Source: Macrostomum lignano (taxonomy: Eukaryota). From it: a stretch of DNA of 64,000 nucleotides. Where the stretch lies: contig NIVC01001600.1 in NCBI GenBank assembly GCA_002269645.1, positions 1 to 64,000 of the forward strand, written 5' to 3'. Positions 61,250 through 64,000 of the stretch are shown piece after piece. The translations under genes and the position numbers were made by a program. The notes under the pieces were generated by a model. The model was not told the origin of the DNA. It saw only the letters and a list, made by a program, of their open reading frames with translations, and searched no databases. Within the stretch, counting starts at the first letter, position 1; each line of letters begins with the position of its first letter.

Positions 61250-61467
61250 CCCTACAACAACTTGGTGGCACAGTGAGATAAAATTCAATAACAGTAAAGA
61301 GACCTGTAACAACTTGGTGATTGCGGTGGAATTTAGAGAATAATAAGGGCACCCCTGTAACAACTTGGTGATTGCGGTGGAATTTAGAGAATAATAAGGG
61401 CACCCCTGTAACAACTTGGTGACATCGGTGGAATAGTTTATAATAGTTAATTACCCCTGTAACAATA
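61250..61467 (+). repeat. ~51-bp tandem array of LTR-end + PBS-like modules (4 units)
   Basis: (C)TGTAACA-ACT-TGGTG..CGGTGGAAT; TGGTG starts at 61263, 61315, 61366, 61417. Confidence 0.8.
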
Positions 61468-61823
61468 ATTTTCGATTAGAATATTAATTATATGTGTAAA
61501 AGAGTTTTTGAGATCTACATAGCATTTATGGAATGGAATAACTATTCCATTTAGTTTCATAAGCAATTTTGCTCTTTTTCCTTTTTTTTTATGTTATCAT
61601 TTTCATGAAATTATTGTGTAAAAATATGCTGTACTTCTGTTTGTACTACTTTTCATTTTTAAAAAACAAATTCATGTTACTGTTATTGTTTGCTGTTTTT
61701 TCCAGATACCATTCGTCACTTTAAGATGTAGGTTTTTAATGCATTTTTGAATTATAAAAACAGTGAAAGTTTATATTTTTTGCTGAGCAACTGGGTACTA
61801 GTGATAGGATAGATAGTCAGTTC

Positions 61824-62321
61824 TTGGCCGAGACTTTTGGTGTGCCGGGGCCACTGTCCTACGTCGACATGACAAGACCAAGACCAAGGCCTACTCTCGG
61901 CCCCATTGTCTACTCCAATCGTGCCGCTGCCGCTGCCGCTGCTGCTGCCCAACCGAACATGGTGACCAATCAGACCGCGCTTCCTGCTGACAACGCCGTG
62001 CCGGTAATGAGCAAGCAGTCTGCACCACCGACCAGCAGCGCTGAGCCAGCCCAAGCTGAACCAATAACGGACAATGCTGCCCCCAACGTTGTAACCGGTG
62101 AGAGGGGCTTCACGCAGAATGATGTGCTCGGGGTGGTACTTGAGGCACTCAACCGGATTATGGAGATCGAACCGGGGCGTCTGCTCACTGCCTGGGAAGC
62201 AAGCCAGCTTGCTATTCAGGTAGTGACAGAGGTCCTGGCGACCTTCTTGAATCCCGGAAGGGTGCCTGCTGCCAGGGCGGGTGAAGCCAAAGCCACTTTG
62301 GTGAGCGGAGGCGGATCCTAA
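61824..62321 (+). pseudogene. Probable LINE ORF1 C-terminus (5'-truncated)
   Basis: Lies directly upstream of ORF2; has an LSYVDMTR motif and Ala/Pro-rich tract like the post-knuckle FSYSAAASR region of copy 2. Confidence 0.55.
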
Positions 62322-62365
62322 GCACTGAGAAATCTGAAAATTAATTACGAATTAAAGCCCTTCGT

Positions 62366-63295
62366 ATGGCTTTCAATAGTAAAAATTCCAATAGCGCACT
62401 GAAAATTGGTCACCAAACTGCAATAAACTTAGCAACAAAATGCACGAGATTATTATGTGGTTGCACAATTACAATATAGACATTGGTCTTTTCTCCGAAA
62501 CTGATCTCAGAGATAAGGACAAGTTTTATGTACAAGGCTACGCTGTTATCAGATACGACACTCCTGACTTCAGGAGAGGTCTGGCAATTGCTTATAAAAA
62601 TACCTTAAATGTTTCGAACGTTAAAAAATTTTATGACAACTCTAACCATGAGTTTATTAGCCTCAATGTCACTCCGAACAATAACCCCAGCAACACTCTC
62701 AGGATTTCCCTTATTTACAGAGCTCCCAATCCTGACCAAATCAGCACTGCACTGCTTGAGCAGCTGCTCTCCCAACCTAGATCCTTACTTAAAGGAGATC
62801 TCAACTGTCGCCACTCTATGCTGGGCGGTGACAGTGTAGAAAACTTCCCAGGGAAACAACTGTATGAATGGTTTGATAACCATCCGGATCCCCCCTTCAT
62901 CCTAAACTCCTTTGGTGACTGCACCAGGATTAATAATAGAGGGGGCAACATTATTGGTAATGTCCTTGATCTAGGCATCTGCTCCCCTGACCTGATTAAC
63001 TCTGTCAGTGATGTCATTGTTGGCGATGATCTCGACAGTGACCACCTACCCATTATTGTTAAAGTTTTTATTGATCCCAACTCCAAGGCTAAACCAAAAC
63101 CACCCAAAAGCTACTGGCACACGGATTGGGAGGCTTTCAGATACGTTCTCCAAGACAAACTAGAAAACTGCAGTATGACTCGATCCCGTATCTCCACTCC
63201 CGATGAACTTGACAAAGTGGTTGATAAACTCACGGAAAAAATACAAGAAACAATAGAGGAGGTAGTCCGTAACAGGGACCCGAGAGAACAGCTAC
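62366..63295 (+). pseudogene. LINE ORF2 N-terminus: APE endonuclease + linker (1-nt frameshift near 62415)
   Basis: LKIGH-NCN, FSETDL, IYRAP, GDLNCRH, VLDLGI, DSDHLP; linker homologous to 10080-10200. Confidence 0.92.
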
Positions 63296-64000
63296 CCCGA
63301 CATAGTAGCTAAGATCAAAAACAGAAGTAACTCTACTCTTTCTAGTATGTTTTTTTTGCTAAGCACATACTTTTTCCGCTCGTTTTTATTCAGAGGCACT
63401 GACTCGAACCTATAAGAGGAATCCTATCAGCCATCAGCAGATGGAGGGAGCTGCCAGGAGGGCTCTAAAAGACGCTACCGATCGTCCCAGCAGCCCAGCC
63501 CAGCAGCACAAAAGTAAAGCATCTGAGAGGCAGATGCGCCGATGGTCGAAACGACAAAATTCAGCCATCAGATCGAAGCAGCTGCAACAGAAGAGACAAC
63601 GATTTGATGTCGATGATTCAGTGTTCTTCACTGACACTGAGGAATCCCCAGCCTGAGGCTTGTGCGGTAATTATTTGCAACAATTTATATTCATGAGATT
63701 TTAGTCCCACTTATTCACGTGTAGATTCATATGATATTTACATGTATTAGGTTGCGATCCCCATCATGCACATATGCATAAACTTCAGTCACTTTACTAG
63801 CATTTACTAAAGATGAAGCTTGCGATAGCTGCTGGTCGTAACGCATTATTAGTACTGAATGGTTTATATACTTGCATTGAAAGGCAGAATTTTTCAGGAA
63901 GTTACGCAAAGAGTACGCTCGCTTCCTCACTGATTTGCCTTCTGGGCGAGTTTTGACTTTGATAAGTTTCAGCGTTAATCCATTTTAATTTCTGAATTCC
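63296..64000. mobile_element. Probable third CCC-ended CACTA-like element, running off the window
   Basis: CCCGACATAGTAGC begins where LINE homology stops; plus-strand EGAARRALKDATDR exon and a convergent minus-strand transposase-like C-terminus (63727-63930). Confidence 0.45.

Overview
Eukaryotic (animal-type: spliceosomal introns, TTAGGG repeats) window made almost entirely of nested, mostly decayed transposable elements. I can support no intact host gene. Headline: a Jockey/I-group-like LINE family whose ORF1 is an ALKBH2/3-type AlkB (2OG-Fe(II)) dioxygenase fused through a Q/S/N-rich linker to the classical RRM + 3xCCHC nucleic-acid chaperone. Three diverged copies (3202-5392, 23639-28270, 28734-30565) all keep HxD..H and RxxxxxR and differ mostly at synonymous sites. 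The matching ORF2 can be pieced together from APE (62366-63295) and RT (10040-12069; 54411-56233). Other residents: three CCC-ended CACTA/EnSpm-like elements (one complete with TIRs and a 2-bp TSD), two Gypsy remnants, PIF/Harbinger, mariner, a Tc1/IS630-like deletion derivative, a Sola2-like transposase with a PHD-like finger, a GIY-YIG Penelope-like element abutting (TTAGGG)6, an RPA70-like pseudogene, a JmjC fragment, solo LTRs, reiterated tRNA-Leu PBS modules and several tandem repeats. All family assignments come from motif recognition by eye; no searches were run.
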